Positions 20,477 through 31,091 of a stretch of 64,000 bases of DNA are shown here, one piece after another (the stretch's first letter is position 1; each line of letters starts with the position of its first letter). A program made the translations under genes and the position numbers. The notes under the pieces were generated by a model, which was not told the DNA's origin, did not search any database, and saw only the letters and a program-made list of their open reading frames with translations. Source of the stretch: an uncultured Pseudomonadales bacterium (GTDB taxonomy: Bacteria; Patescibacteriota; Microgenomatia; UBA1400; UBA12028); NCBI GenBank assembly GCA_964635905.1, contig CAZWPK010000001.1, forward strand, positions 288,293 through 352,292, given 5' to 3'.

Positions 20477-23143
20477 TTATTCCACCGGATCCGGATGGAC
20501 GGCAGTCACCGCATCCAATACTTCCTCTGTAGTTTTCTTGGTTGTTGCACAGGCAGTGATCTTATCTCCCTTTGCCATCCGCATCAAAATTACGCCCTGA
20601 GTTGGACGCTTTAAGATCGGAACATTCTTTAATGCGATCTTAATGACTTGTGCAGACTTCGTGGTCAACACTGCCTCATCAATCGTCTCATCGACGATTT
20701 TGGCGCAGGCAACATTACCCGTTTTGCTCACAATCTCACTGACCTTGACGCCCATACCGGAGCGCTTCTGTAACGGATACTCGTCTAATTCTGTTCGTTT
20801 ACCCATTCCATTTTCGGTGACAACTAAGAGATGTCTAAAGAGCTTGCGACGTTTATCCGCTGGCTGTTCGAGCTTTGGTGGGAAACTTTCGACCCCAACC
20901 ACATAATCTTCACCTTTGAGTTCAACGGCTTTTACTCCCTGGGTATCGCGCGCAGAGGACTTAACTTCTTTTTCGTGGAAGCGAATACTCTTTCCCTGTT
21001 GGGTAATGATCATGATGTGATCATCGCCGGAGGTTACACGTCCAAATACTAATTCGTCATTATCCTTGAGGAGGATGGCAATGATTCCTGAGGAACGAAT
21101 ATTGGCAAAGTCTGCTAATGGGGTCTTTTTGATTAATCCTCGAATGGTAGCTAGACAAATGAACTTTCCCTTAGGATCTTTCTCATTCATGGTCAAGATT
21201 GCTTGCAGATGTTCTTCTGCTTGCAGGTTCACTAAGTTCACAATCGCCTGACCTTTGGCAATTCGACTACTTTCTGGGAGTTCATAGACTTTGGTTTTGA
21301 ACACGCGACCTTTGTTGGTGAAGAGCAGTAGACTGTCATGGGTGTTACAGACTAATAGCTCTGATACAGCATCTTCATCTTTGGTGGTCATTCCAGAGAC
21401 TCCCTTGCCTCCGCGATGCTGGGAGCGATAGGCGGTCGGATTAAGTCGCTTGATATAACCGGTCTCCGTGACGGTAATAATGGTTTCTTCATTGGCAATT
21501 AAGTCTTCTTCGGTGATTTCTCCCAATTTTCCCTTGTGCAGTTTAGTGCGTCGTTCATCTCCGTGCAGCTCTATCATTTCTTTGGTTTCGGAGATAATCG
21601 TCTTTAAAATTTTCTTGGGATCATTTAAAAGTGCTAACAGTTCATCGATAAACGCCATGATCTGTTTGTATTCATCCTCAATTTTCTGTCGTTCCAAGGC
21701 AGCAAGTTTGCGAAGTTGCATGTCCAAGATGGCAACCGCCTGAATCTCTGAGAGTTTGAAGCGTTCCATCAATGCGGCTTTGGCAGTATCACTGTCTTTG
21801 GAAGCACGGATGGTCTTAATGACTTCATCGAGGTGGGAGAGTGCAATCAACAATCCTTCCAAGATATGGGCACGAGCGCGTGCGGCACGTAAATCAAATT
21901 GAGCCCGACGGACGACCACGACTTGGCGATGCGACACATATTCCATCAAAATGGTTTTGATGTTCATGAGTTGTGGAGTGCCTTCGGAGGAAAGAGCCAC
22001 AATATTCATTGGGAAGGTTGTTTGCAGTTCGGTCAACTTGAATAACTGGTTGAGAACCGACTTTGGACGTGCATCTTTTTTCAGATCAACCGCAATACGC
22101 ATTCCATCGCGATCGGATTCGTCCCGTAGGTCGGAGATTCCGACAATTTTTTTGTCGCGAGCAAGTTGGGCAATCTTGGCAACGAGTTTTGATTTATTCA
22201 CTTGATACGGGAGTTCCGTGATAATGATCTGAAACTTTCCTGACTTTGTTTCGACAATCTCGGCTTTTCCTCGAACTAAGATTCTGCCGCGCCCGGTAGC
22301 ATACGCTTCTTTAATTTCTTTAAAGTCATAAATCATTCCCGCTGTCGGGAAATCAGGGCCTTTGACAAATTCCATGATGTCGTCGAGGTTGGCTTCCGAA
22401 TCAAACTCGCCTGCAATGCGATCTGCAGAGTCAGTTTCAACGTTGAGCGGAGTCTCCCCTTCCCCAATTTTTGCCTGGGTCGCTTTCCCTAGTTCAATGA
22501 CTTTTAAGAGAGCATTACAGACCTCCGTCAAGTTATGGGGGGGAATCTTGGTCGCCATACCGACGGCAATTCCTTCGCTTCCCATGAGGAGGAGGTTAGG
22601 AAGTCGAGTTGGGAGAACGGTTGGTTCCTGGAGGGAGCCATCAAAGTTATCCGCAAAGCCAACTGTTTCTTTGTCAAGATCGGCTAAGAGTTCTTCCGTA
22701 ATCTTTGAGAGTCGTGCCTCGGTGTAACGCATGGCAGCTGCACTGTCACCATCGATAGAACCATAGTTACCTTGCCCATCCACGAGAGGATAGCGCATCG
22801 AGAAATCTTGCGCTAACCGGACCATCGCTTCATAGACGGGAGCATCACCATGGGGGTGATACTTTCCTAAGACTTCTCCAACGATACGTGCAGATTTCTT
22901 GTAGGGGGTATTCCAACGAATGCCCATTTCCTTCATCGCGTACAAGATACGGCGATGCACTGGCTTTAAGCCATCACGCACATCCGGAAGAGCACGAGCG
23001 ACAATCACACTCATGGCATAGTCTAAGTACGACTTTTGCATTTCATCGATAATGGATACCGGTCGGATCTTTCCGAATCGGCTATCGTAATCAGCCATTG
23101 ATTTTGGTGCGATCTCTTCTGATGTGATATTGGTGTCTGACAT
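20477..23143 (-). CDS. gyrA: DNA gyrase subunit A
   Basis: [29 protein letters not shown] catalytic Tyr, GyrA-box QHRGGKG, C-terminal pinwheel repeats. Confidence 0.98.
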   Translation of the reverse strand: MSDTNITSEEIAPKSMADYDSRFGKIRPVSIIDEMQKSYLDYAMSVIVARALPDVRDGLKPVHRRILYAMKEMGIRWNTPYKKSARIVGEVLGKYHPHGDAPVYEAMVRLAQDFSMRYPLVDGQGNYGSIDGDSAAAMRYTEARLSKITEELLADLDKETVGFADNFDGSLQEPTVLPTRLPNLLLMGSEGIAVGMATKIPPHNLTEVCNALLKVIELGKATQAKIGEGETPLNVETDSADRIAGEFDSEANLDDIMEFVKGPDFPTAGMIYDFKEIKEAYATGRGRILVRGKAEIVETKSGKFQIIITELPYQVNKSKLVAKIAQLARDKKIVGISDLRDESDRDGMRIAVDLKKDARPKSVLNQLFKLTELQTTFPMNIVALSSEGTPQLMNIKTILMEYVSHRQVVVVRRAQFDLRAARARAHILEGLLIALSHLDEVIKTIRASKDSDTAKAALMERFKLSEIQAVAILDMQLRKLAALERQKIEDEYKQIMAFIDELLALLNDPKKILKTIISETKEMIELHGDERRTKLHKGKLGEITEEDLIANEETIITVTETGYIKRLNPTAYRSQHRGGKGVSGMTTKDEDAVSELLVCNTHDSLLLFTNKGRVFKTKVYELPESSRIAKGQAIVNLVNLQAEEHLQAILTMNEKDPKGKFICLATIRGLIKKTPLADFANIRSSGIIAILLKDNDELVFGRVTSGDDHIMIITQQGKSIRFHEKEVKSSARDTQGVKAVELKGEDYVVGVESFPPKLEQPADKRRKLFRHLLVVTENGMGKRTELDEYPLQKRSGMGVKVSEIVSKTGNVACAKIVDETIDEAVLTTKSAQVIKIALKNVPILKRPTQGVILMRMAKGDKITACATTKKTTEEVLDAVTAVHPDPVE

Positions 23144-23146
23144 ACT

Positions 23147-23551
23147 CTATCTTCTCCTCGCTGGATTGCGAAAGACTTTGAAATAAAAATGAATTCCGTT
23201 CTCAGTATATTCGTGGTCCCATTGTCCGAATATTTCAGTAAACAACTGACTTGCTATGAATTGCAACATTTTAGGATGTTGAGATGAAAACCTGTAAACA
23301 ACATCTTTGCCTAATAATTGTCCAGATTGAGCTCGAGCAACTAAGTAGTTAAACAACCGCTGGTAGACTTTTCTAGTCTCTTCAGGTCGCTTGTTTTCAG
23401 GTTCTACATTTTCAATATAATCCCAAACCAACTCATATCGTCCTTTAGCTAGACCTAGAGTCTTTTCGATCTCCCTAGATAACGGTTGAACACTCGAGAA
23501 TAAGTCAAGAATTTTTGAGCCTTCTTGAATGGAATGTACTTTCGGCTCCAT
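23147..23551 (-). CDS. Hypothetical protein between ppa and gyrA
   Basis: 134-aa ORF with 8-nt and 3-nt gaps to its neighbours. Confidence 0.65.
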   Translation of the reverse strand: MEPKVHSIQEGSKILDLFSSVQPLSREIEKTLGLAKGRYELVWDYIENVEPENKRPEETRKVYQRLFNYLVARAQSGQLLGKDVVYRFSSQHPKMLQFIASQLFTEIFGQWDHEYTENGIHFYFKVFRNPARRR

Positions 23552-23559
23552 AACAGTGC

Positions 23560-24120
23560 TTATTTTCCGTGATGTTCACAGGCGCATTCACAATCTCCAT
23601 CACCACAACCTCCATCTTCCGCACATTCATCATCAAACTTGGCCGCGGATTCCTCAATTTCTTTTTCTGCAGCTTTTCGATCTGCAAATTTATGGACCTT
23701 AATCCACTTGCCTGGCTCTAATTCTTTGTAGTGCTCAAAGAAGTGTTTGATGCGATCCAAAATGTGCTGAGGGACGTCCTTGAGATCCTCATACACTCCA
23801 TACACTGGATCAACTTTCTTGTCAGGGACTGCAATTAATTTGTGATCAATTCCTTCTTCATCTTCCATCTCCAGCATTCCAATCACATGACCTTTAATGC
23901 CACATCCAGGCACGAGTTTCTTACTAGATAACACTAAGACATCGACGGGATCCCCATCTTTTCCTTTGGTTCCAATGACATATCCGTAGTTTGCAGGATA
24001 CCCCATGGAGGTATACAGGAAACGGTCTGCCATGAGCATTCCTGTGTCTTCATCGACTTCATATTTAACATCACTTCCGTCTGGAATTTCGATAAAGAAC
24101 AATAGTTTTTTTAGATCCAT
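23560..24120 (-). CDS. ppa: Inorganic pyrophosphatase (family I)
   Basis: KYE, DRFL, YPANYG, DGDPVDVLV, MEDEEG.D.KLIAV, HFFEHYKELE; Cys/His/acidic C-terminal tail. Confidence 0.96.
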   Translation of the reverse strand: MDLKKLLFFIEIPDGSDVKYEVDEDTGMLMADRFLYTSMGYPANYGYVIGTKGKDGDPVDVLVLSSKKLVPGCGIKGHVIGMLEMEDEEGIDHKLIAVPDKKVDPVYGVYEDLKDVPQHILDRIKHFFEHYKELEPGKWIKVHKFADRKAAEKEIEESAAKFDDECAEDGGCGDGDCECACEHHGK

Positions 24121-24135
24121 AGAACTCCTTTTTGT

Positions 24136-27100
24136 TTAAATATCCAAGTTTGCTAACTTGGCATGTGTTTGAATAAATTTCTTTCGTGGTGGGACTTCAT
24201 CACCCATTAAAGTGGTAAAGACCACATCCACTTTTGCAGCATCTTCTAGAGTAATTTGCTTGAGCATCCGGGTTGCTGGATTCATGGTCGTTTCCCATAA
24301 CTGCTCCGGATTCATTTCTCCCAACCCTTTATACCGCTGAACATTGACGTTTAAATTCCCGGACTTTAACTCCGCAATGGCAACATCCCGTTCTTCTTCG
24401 GTAAAGGCATAGCGCACATCTTTTTTATTCCAGATCTTAAACAGCGGTGGCATGGCAATGTAGAGATAACCCTCTGCAACCAGCTGTGGAAGATGGCGAT
24501 AAAAGAAGGTCAGCCCTAAGGTGGTAATGTGTTCACCATCGACATCCGCATCGTTCATCAGAATAATGCGATGATAGCGTAACTTCTTAATATCAAAGGT
24601 ATCCCCTAGCCCAGTTCCCAGAGCAATGACTAAGTTTTTCAGTTCTTCAAAGTCCACGATCTTGTCCAATCTAGCGCGTTCGGTATTCAAAATCTTTCCT
24701 CGTAATGGGAAGATTGCCTGGAATTTTCGATCGCGGCCCTGTTTGGCACTGTTATGAACAAACACGCCACTGGCTAACGCAAAGTTGTGGGTCGAGGGAA
24801 CTTCTGCATCATAGACATCCATCCGCTCGGTTACCGATTCGATCTTGGTAATGCGGTGATTAAAGTAGGCAACGGTTTCTAGAGCACGACCTTGATCCCC
24901 GTTAAAATAACGCTCACAAAAACGATCATATCGAAGTAGAGAGCGATCTTTTGTTTCTTCTCGTTTTGCTTGGTAGACAGAAAGATTAATCTCACCGAGG
25001 CTTAATTGAATATCTTTGAGGGCTTTAAGGGTTTTAAGATAATAGGTCTTGTCTAACGCATTTTTGCGAATCGAACGGAATGCATCCGTCCATTGCTCTG
25101 CCGTTTTCTGTTTTCTCCACTGCACTAGAGATATGTTTTCCCACTGTTTCTTAGCCCGGTCAGAATATTCTTTTTTTAGTCCAACATGTGTTTGGAAATA
25201 GGTTGCCACGCGCTTTGCCTGTATCTGACGGTGCTCCGGTGTACTCCAATATTTTATGGATTCCGCGCTCAGACGGGATTTTACTTCCTCCTGGTAGGAA
25301 CGATTCGAGGAATAAAATCGCTTCCACGCATCTGCCATAAACTGTTTGTAGTCTTCGTCAGACCATTGTTTTTTTGCATTGACAGAAAGAAGTTGCGAAG
25401 TCGCTGGTTGTCTCATGCGATTACTCAGGGTCGCTCGATATTGCAAGCTTTGATGGACGCGTCGACTCTTTTCAATCACTTCAGGTCGGTGCAATGTTTT
25501 ATGCACCTGCTCTGTGTGGAGTGCTAAGTGAAGCTCTTTGGGCATTCGCAATAAATTGTCAGGATTGTTGTTTAACTTATTAAAGTCGACATGATGGCAG
25601 TGCGCACCAGAATCTTTCGTGTAGTTTCTTTTCCATCGGTTGTACCAATCGGAGAGTAAGTGGGTAAAAACCCAGGTGTCTGATTTTGGATCCCAGGCCA
25701 TTTCGTAACCATCAATGGTGATTCCTTTTTCAGCCGTGGATGAATGCTTTCGATACAAAGGCATGAGCGAATCAGAGACTAGGAGCTGGTCTGCTCGCTT
25801 GTATTCTCCGGATCTGGTCATGAATAAATGATCGGGTGTACAGGTGATCTGCACTCCATTGTCTAACTGAAGCTTAATCACGTTGGCATTCTGCTTCGTG
25901 ATTCTGGCGTTGATAAATTGTTCCACCCCAATCTGTCCATTTTTTCGAATGGTATAACAGAAGTGCGTTTTTCCTGCTTGTTGCTCGGCCACAATTTCTT
26001 GGAAACTTAAATTCCTGCCATCCACCAACGCAACTTTGGTGTCTCCAGCAAAACAGCCGCCTGCGGAGTCGCCCTCGACCATATAGAGTTCGCACTCGGC
26101 AGCGTCGGAGGACTGACAGTCAGCTAGTTTCCCTGGCAAACTGGAACCTTCAAAGACGCCTTTTCGAATGACGGCTTCTTTGGCAGCTCGGGCGGCCATA
26201 CGGGCACGGGCAGCCAACATTACTTTATCGACAATGGTGCGTGCTTCCTTGGGATGTTCTTCAAAGTATTGATCAAGACCTGTTTTGACGATTTGATACA
26301 CGGCCGACTGCACCTCGGCGTTGTTGAGTTTGGTTTTCGTCTGGCTTTCAAACTGAATATCATTGGATGGCATCTTCACAAAGATGACAGCGGTCATTCC
26401 TTCACGTAAGTCTTCTGACGTGAACATGTCTTTCTCATTTTTGACGAGCTGATTACGCACGACATAATCCTTTAAGGACTTATTGAGAGCCGTACGAAAT
26501 CCCGTCAAATGAGTACCGCCATCGGGTGTTTTAATGGTATTGGCAAAACTTTCAATTGTTTCAGAATAGGAATCGTTAAATTGCAGAGCAATATCGGCAA
26601 ACACCTTAAACTTGGTTGCATCGTATTCCCCTTCCATCGAGACAACGGGGTGTAAGGGCTTCTTGGTGTGATTTAAATGCGCAACTAAGGATCGGATTCC
26701 CCCTTCAAAGTAGAAATGTTGCTCGGTTTGTTTTCCCTCATCAAAGAGCTTGAAGTACAGGCCTGCCATCAGGTATGCTCGTTCGCGTAAGAAGTCCTTG
26801 ATCGTGTTGACGTTAAACACGACAGTCGAGAAAATTGACGCATCCGGTTGGAAGTTGGAGAGAGTTCCACTTTCATAGGAGATAAAGGTCTTGGCTTGGA
26901 GTGGAAAGTACTCTAAGACCTTTTTCTCGGAGATTTCTTTGACAGGTTCTCTGGGAGTTCCAATCGTATATTCTTGGAAAAAGTACTTCTTGTTGCGTTT
27001 TACCACCACGCGCATATCGGTAGAGAGCGCGTTCACTGCGGAAGCACCGACGCCATGCAGTCCTCCGGAGGCTTGATAGGCCATTTCATCGAACTTCCCT

Positions 27101-27399
27101 CCGGCGTGGAGCTTGGTCATGGCAATTTCGAGAGCACTGACCCCCGATGGATGCATGTCAGTTGGAATTCCCCGACCATTATCGACCACGGTGGCATACC
27201 CATCGGCGGTCAAAAAGACCGAGATTTCCTTGGCATAGCCAACGATGGCTTCGTCCACGGAGTTGTCGACGATTTCTTTGACGAGGTGGTGTAATCCAGT
27301 CGCATCTGTCGACCCAATGTACATACCGGGACGCTTACGCACCGGTTCCAAACCTTCAAGGACGCGGATATCTGCTGCGGAATAATCTTGCTTTGCCAT
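24136..27399 (-). CDS. gyrB: DNA gyrase subunit B precursor containing an intein (652-aa mature protein)
   Basis: LEGLEPVRKRPGMYIG, EIVDNS.DE, GGLHGVG, KLADC, EGDSAGG|intein|SAKQGR, PLRGKILN, DADVDG, RYKGLGEM. Confidence 0.98.
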   Translation of the reverse strand: MAKQDYSAADIRVLEGLEPVRKRPGMYIGSTDATGLHHLVKEIVDNSVDEAIVGYAKEISVFLTADGYATVVDNGRGIPTDMHPSGVSALEIAMTKLHAGGKFDEMAYQASGGLHGVGASAVNALSTDMRVVVKRNKKYFFQEYTIGTPREPVKEISEKKVLEYFPLQAKTFISYESGTLSNFQPDASIFSTVVFNVNTIKDFLRERAYLMAGLYFKLFDEGKQTEQHFYFEGGIRSLVAHLNHTKKPLHPVVSMEGEYDATKFKVFADIALQFNDSYSETIESFANTIKTPDGGTHLTGFRTALNKSLKDYVVRNQLVKNEKDMFTSEDLREGMTAVIFVKMPSNDIQFESQTKTKLNNAEVQSAVYQIVKTGLDQYFEEHPKEARTIVDKVMLAARARMAARAAKEAVIRKGVFEGSSLPGKLADCQSSDAAECELYMVEGDSAGGCFAGDTKVALVDGRNLSFQEIVAEQQAGKTHFCYTIRKNGQIGVEQFINARITKQNANVIKLQLDNGVQITCTPDHLFMTRSGEYKRADQLLVSDSLMPLYRKHSSTAEKGITIDGYEMAWDPKSDTWVFTHLLSDWYNRWKRNYTKDSGAHCHHVDFNKLNNNPDNLLRMPKELHLALHTEQVHKTLHRPEVIEKSRRVHQSLQYRATLSNRMRQPATSQLLSVNAKKQWSDEDYKQFMADAWKRFYSSNRSYQEEVKSRLSAESIKYWSTPEHRQIQAKRVATYFQTHVGLKKEYSDRAKKQWENISLVQWRKQKTAEQWTDAFRSIRKNALDKTYYLKTLKALKDIQLSLGEINLSVYQAKREETKDRSLLRYDRFCERYFNGDQGRALETVAYFNHRITKIESVTERMDVYDAEVPSTHNFALASGVFVHNSAKQGRDRKFQAIFPLRGKILNTERARLDKIVDFEELKNLVIALGTGLGDTFDIKKLRYHRIILMNDADVDGEHITTLGLTFFYRHLPQLVAEGYLYIAMPPLFKIWNKKDVRYAFTEEERDVAIAELKSGNLNVNVQRYKGLGEMNPEQLWETTMNPATRMLKQITLEDAAKVDVVFTTLMGDEVPPRKKFIQTHAKLANLDI
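24751..26055 (-). mobile_element. Intein (435 aa) with HNH homing endonuclease in gyrB
   Basis: Starts CFAGDTKV, block B CTPDHLF, HNH motif HCHHVDFNKLNNNPDNL, block F VYDAEV..THNF, ends VFVHN followed by extein Ser. Confidence 0.96.
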
Positions 27400-27513
27400 A
27401 CGAGGAAACTTTCTATCAATTTTATGCCTACCTTGTCAACTGGATCGTGTTTACCTGTCCTTCGTGTCGGGCGTTTAGACGACGTAAAAACGGCTTCTTT
27501 GAACAAGCAATGA

Positions 27514-28173
27514 TCATACCATAGAAGTATGTCGCAGTGTAAAAAAGAGGCACTCCAACGCGAGCTTGGTGTTCACATTCTTCTCAAGAAGATTGAGGGT
27601 TTTAATGACTTCTTGCAGGACTTTTGGCGGGTACACCTGTGCCTGATGGACGAATTCATATAGCTCGTATACGGCGCAAATTGCCGTTTCTTTGCTACTT
27701 CCTATCGTTCCTGCAATCGTAATGCACTCCGAAATCGTACAGCGCCCAGAGAGGAGTGATTCCCAACTGGGTTGGTTAGGGAATGCAGTGGCGGTTTCAA
27801 ACTTGACTGGAATGCGCTGACACCGCGACAGAATCGTCGGCAACAACTTCGTTGGGTACGCAGTGGCAAGAATGAGCTGGGTTCGTTCTGGAGGCTCTTC
27901 TAAGGTTTTAAGCAGGGCTTGTTGTGCGGGTAGCGTCAGTTGGTGCGCTGGAGCAATAAGGATGAGGCGTGCTTTTGGTGTGGAGGGTTTTACTGCCAAG
28001 AGACTTGCCAACTGATGAACTTGATCAATAGAGATAGAAGATTTGTCTTCTAGCGGTGCGATCGTGTGAAAATCAGGATGGGCGACGAGTCGATCAATTT
28101 TTGTCAGTGATTCTAACAGCGAAAGCGATGGGTTGTTTGTCTCAACAATGAGTGCCGTTAAAAAGGATTCCAT
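27514..28173 (-). CDS. holB: DNA polymerase III delta-prime-like subunit (short)
   Basis: HPDF, SISIDQV, LTLPAQQALLKTLEEPP, LLPTILSRC. Confidence 0.85.
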   Translation of the reverse strand: MESFLTALIVETNNPSLSLLESLTKIDRLVAHPDFHTIAPLEDKSSISIDQVHQLASLLAVKPSTPKARLILIAPAHQLTLPAQQALLKTLEEPPERTQLILATAYPTKLLPTILSRCQRIPVKFETATAFPNQPSWESLLSGRCTISECITIAGTIGSSKETAICAVYELYEFVHQAQVYPPKVLQEVIKTLNLLEKNVNTKLALECLFFTLRHTSMV

Positions 28174-28224
28174 AAAATTGTGATTGATCCGATCGACTAA
28201 TCCTACTATGCTTAATTGGAAACT

Positions 28225-30015
28225 ATGTCGGATGCTTCTGCCAATCCCCTATCTACTGGTGACGGTGTTCCCACCTTCACAACCGCATCGGTTGCAGAGG
28301 TGTTGTTGTCGGCTGGCAAACTTACGCAACAGCAATATGATGACCTCTCTCTCGAGCATATTAACACAAACAAGAGCGTTGAAGCATTGATTGAAGAAAA
28401 GAACATCGTCTCCGAAGAAGAACTCACCGAGGCTAAGTCAAAAGCCTATCACACCCCCTATATTAAGCTATCCGAAACTGGAGTCTCACCCCAAGCACTT
28501 TCACAAGTGCCGGAAAGTGTTGCCCGTCGCTATCGATTAATTCCCTTCGCGTTAAATGATGAAGATGGCTCGATCTCAATAGCCATGATCAATCCGCTAG
28601 ATTTGTTAGCGGTTGATTTCGTCCAAAAGAAAACGGGGAAGAAAATAAAACTCTTCATCGGCTCTCCCTATGAGATCAATCGTGCGATTAATGAGCGGTA
28701 TGCCCAAAGCTTATCGACTGAAGTTGATCAGGCTCTCAAAGAGAATGATGACAGTTCGACCGTTGTTGCCAGTGGACCGGTCATTGATATCAATCAAGTC
28801 TCCAATCATGAGATTATTCGTGAGGCTCCCATTGCGAAAATTGTGGAAACGATTTTGGCGTTTGCCATCAAAGCCAAGGCCTCTGACGTTCATATTGAAC
28901 CCCATGAACATCGCACTCGTGTTCGTTATCGGCTCGATGGAATTTTAAATGAAAAACTCGTGTTACCTAAAAGTGTTCATCCAGCCTTGGTGTCACGTAT
29001 TAAAATCCTGGCAGATTTAAAAATCGATGAGAAACGCATCCCCCAAGATGGACGGTTTAACTTCCGCACGCAAAACGAAGAGGTAGACTTGCGTGTCTCC
29101 ACGTTACCCACCGTGCATGGTGAAAAGATCGTGATGCGGTTATTAAAAAAATCTGGTGCTATCCCCACCCTTCAAGAATTAGGCATGCGTGGAAGTGCTC
29201 TCACTAGAATTCAACAATCAATCACAGTTCCGCATGGAATTATTTTGGTGACCGGACCTACTGGGTCTGGAAAAACCACCACCCTCTATTCTGTCTTGCA
29301 TGATCTTAATACCCCCAAAGTCAACATCATGACACTCGAAGATCCAGTCGAATATCAAATCGAAGGGGTGAATCAGGTTCAAATTAATCCACAAGCTGGA
29401 TTGACCTTTGCCTCGGGGTTACGCTCGTTTCTTCGACAAGATCCCAACATCATCATGGTGGGAGAAATCCGGGATACGGAAACGGCAGAGCTGGCCATCC
29501 AAGCCTCACTGACGGGACACTTAGTTTTTTCAACCTTACACACCAACTCTGCCTCGGGTGCCCTACCTCGCCTACTGGACATGGGATGTGAACCATTTTT
29601 GTTGGCGTCGTCCATTACCCTTGTTATGGCACAGCGTGTGTTACGAAAAATTTCCACAGAGCGCGAAGAATATACCCCACCGGCGGAAGTCGAGCGCGAT
29701 ATCCGTGAGGTCTTAGGTCCGCTCTATGATGGTTGGGCAAAGTCAAAAGGCATGGAAGGAAAACCACTCAAATTGTGGCGCGGAGTGAAGAGTAAGAGTA
29801 ATAATGATACGGGGTATGAAGGTCGAGTCGCGATTTTTGAAGTACTCCAAATGAATGATAAAGTGGCACGCCTGGTCCTGGAACATCGGCCAGCAGCCGA
29901 AATCGAAAAGCAAGCACAAGACGATGGCATGCTCCTCATGAAACAGGACGGCTACTTGAAAGTCTTAGAAGGTGTCACCACAATAGAAGAAGTATTGCGT
30001 GTGGCACAAATCTAA
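28225..30015 (+). CDS. pilB: Type IV pilus assembly ATPase PilB/GspE
   Basis: N-terminal MshEN/T2SSE_N-like region, ASDVHIEP, PQDGR, GPTGSGKTTTLY, TLEDPVEY, LRQDPN, TGHLVFSTLH. Confidence 0.94.
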   Translation: MSDASANPLSTGDGVPTFTTASVAEVLLSAGKLTQQQYDDLSLEHINTNKSVEALIEEKNIVSEEELTEAKSKAYHTPYIKLSETGVSPQALSQVPESVARRYRLIPFALNDEDGSISIAMINPLDLLAVDFVQKKTGKKIKLFIGSPYEINRAINERYAQSLSTEVDQALKENDDSSTVVASGPVIDINQVSNHEIIREAPIAKIVETILAFAIKAKASDVHIEPHEHRTRVRYRLDGILNEKLVLPKSVHPALVSRIKILADLKIDEKRIPQDGRFNFRTQNEEVDLRVSTLPTVHGEKIVMRLLKKSGAIPTLQELGMRGSALTRIQQSITVPHGIILVTGPTGSGKTTTLYSVLHDLNTPKVNIMTLEDPVEYQIEGVNQVQINPQAGLTFASGLRSFLRQDPNIIMVGEIRDTETAELAIQASLTGHLVFSTLHTNSASGALPRLLDMGCEPFLLASSITLVMAQRVLRKISTEREEYTPPAEVERDIREVLGPLYDGWAKSKGMEGKPLKLWRGVKSKSNNDTGYEGRVAIFEVLQMNDKVARLVLEHRPAAEIEKQAQDDGMLLMKQDGYLKVLEGVTTIEEVLRVAQI

Positions 30016-30028
30016 AAAAAGGTAACGT

Positions 30029-31084
30029 ATGACAATGGAAGACATGCTCTCCCTCTGTATTAAGCAGAATGCATCGGATCTGCACTTAATGGTGGGAGCT
30101 CCTCCTACGCTGCGTTTAAATGGTGAGCTTGTTCCTATCGCTGGACTTGCTCCCCTCACCCCCCAAGTGTCCCAAGAAATTATTTTGTCCATTCTCTCCC
30201 AGGAACTCAAAGATCAGCTCCTAGTGAACAAAGAAGTTGATTTTTCCTTTCAGCATAAAGATTCGGCGCGTTTCCGGGTGAACGCCTACTACCATAAGGG
30301 AACTGTTGCAGCCGCCCTTCGTTTGATCCCAACCAAGATTAAAACCATCGAAGAATTGCATTTGCCCTCCAGCTTGCATCAATTCACGACCCTCAAACAA
30401 GGATTCATTCTCGTCACCGGTCCTACCGGTCAAGGAAAGTCATCAACCCTAGCGGCGATCATTGATGAAATCAATCAGACCCGTGCGGAACACATTCTCA
30501 CGATCGAAGATCCCATCGAATTCCTCTACACGCCGGCTCAAAGTATTATCTCCCAACGCGAGCTCCACGCCGACACCCATTCTTGGGAAGTCGCACTCAA
30601 ATCTGCCCTGCGTGAAGATCCCAATATCGTGTTGGTGGGTGAAATGCGTGATTATGAAACCATTGCGGCTGCTCTGACCGTGGCGGAAACCGGACACTTA
30701 GTTTTTGCCACCTTGCACACCAACTCTGCGTCGCAAACAATCGACCGTATCATTGATGTGTTCCCGGAACATCAACAAGGACAGGTTCGCATGCAGCTGG
30801 CAAACACCTTGCAAGCTGTGGTTTCCCAGCGCTTGATTACGAACTTAAAAGGAGAACTCAGTGTCGCGGTTGAAATGCTGCTGGCCACAAGCGCGGTACG
30901 TAATATTGTTCGTGAAGGGAAAACCTTCCAACTCGATAACGTCATTTCCACTTCGGCGGAGATGGGTATGATTTCGCTGGAAGTGAGTTTGGCAAAATTG
31001 GTCAACTCTGGTGAAATTTCGTTTGAAAAAGCGATGGAAGTAGCCACTTGGCCCGACCAATTAGCGCGACTAGTGAAACGTTAA
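30029..31084 (+). CDS. pilT: Type IV pilus retraction ATPase PilT
   Basis: ASDLHL, GPTGQGKSST, TIEDPIEF, ALREDPN, AETGHLVFATLHT, AVRNIVRE (AIRNLIRE-like). Confidence 0.94.
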   Translation: MTMEDMLSLCIKQNASDLHLMVGAPPTLRLNGELVPIAGLAPLTPQVSQEIILSILSQELKDQLLVNKEVDFSFQHKDSARFRVNAYYHKGTVAAALRLIPTKIKTIEELHLPSSLHQFTTLKQGFILVTGPTGQGKSSTLAAIIDEINQTRAEHILTIEDPIEFLYTPAQSIISQRELHADTHSWEVALKSALREDPNIVLVGEMRDYETIAAALTVAETGHLVFATLHTNSASQTIDRIIDVFPEHQQGQVRMQLANTLQAVVSQRLITNLKGELSVAVEMLLATSAVRNIVREGKTFQLDNVISTSAEMGMISLEVSLAKLVNSGEISFEKAMEVATWPDQLARLVKR

Positions 31085-31091
31085 AACGCGT

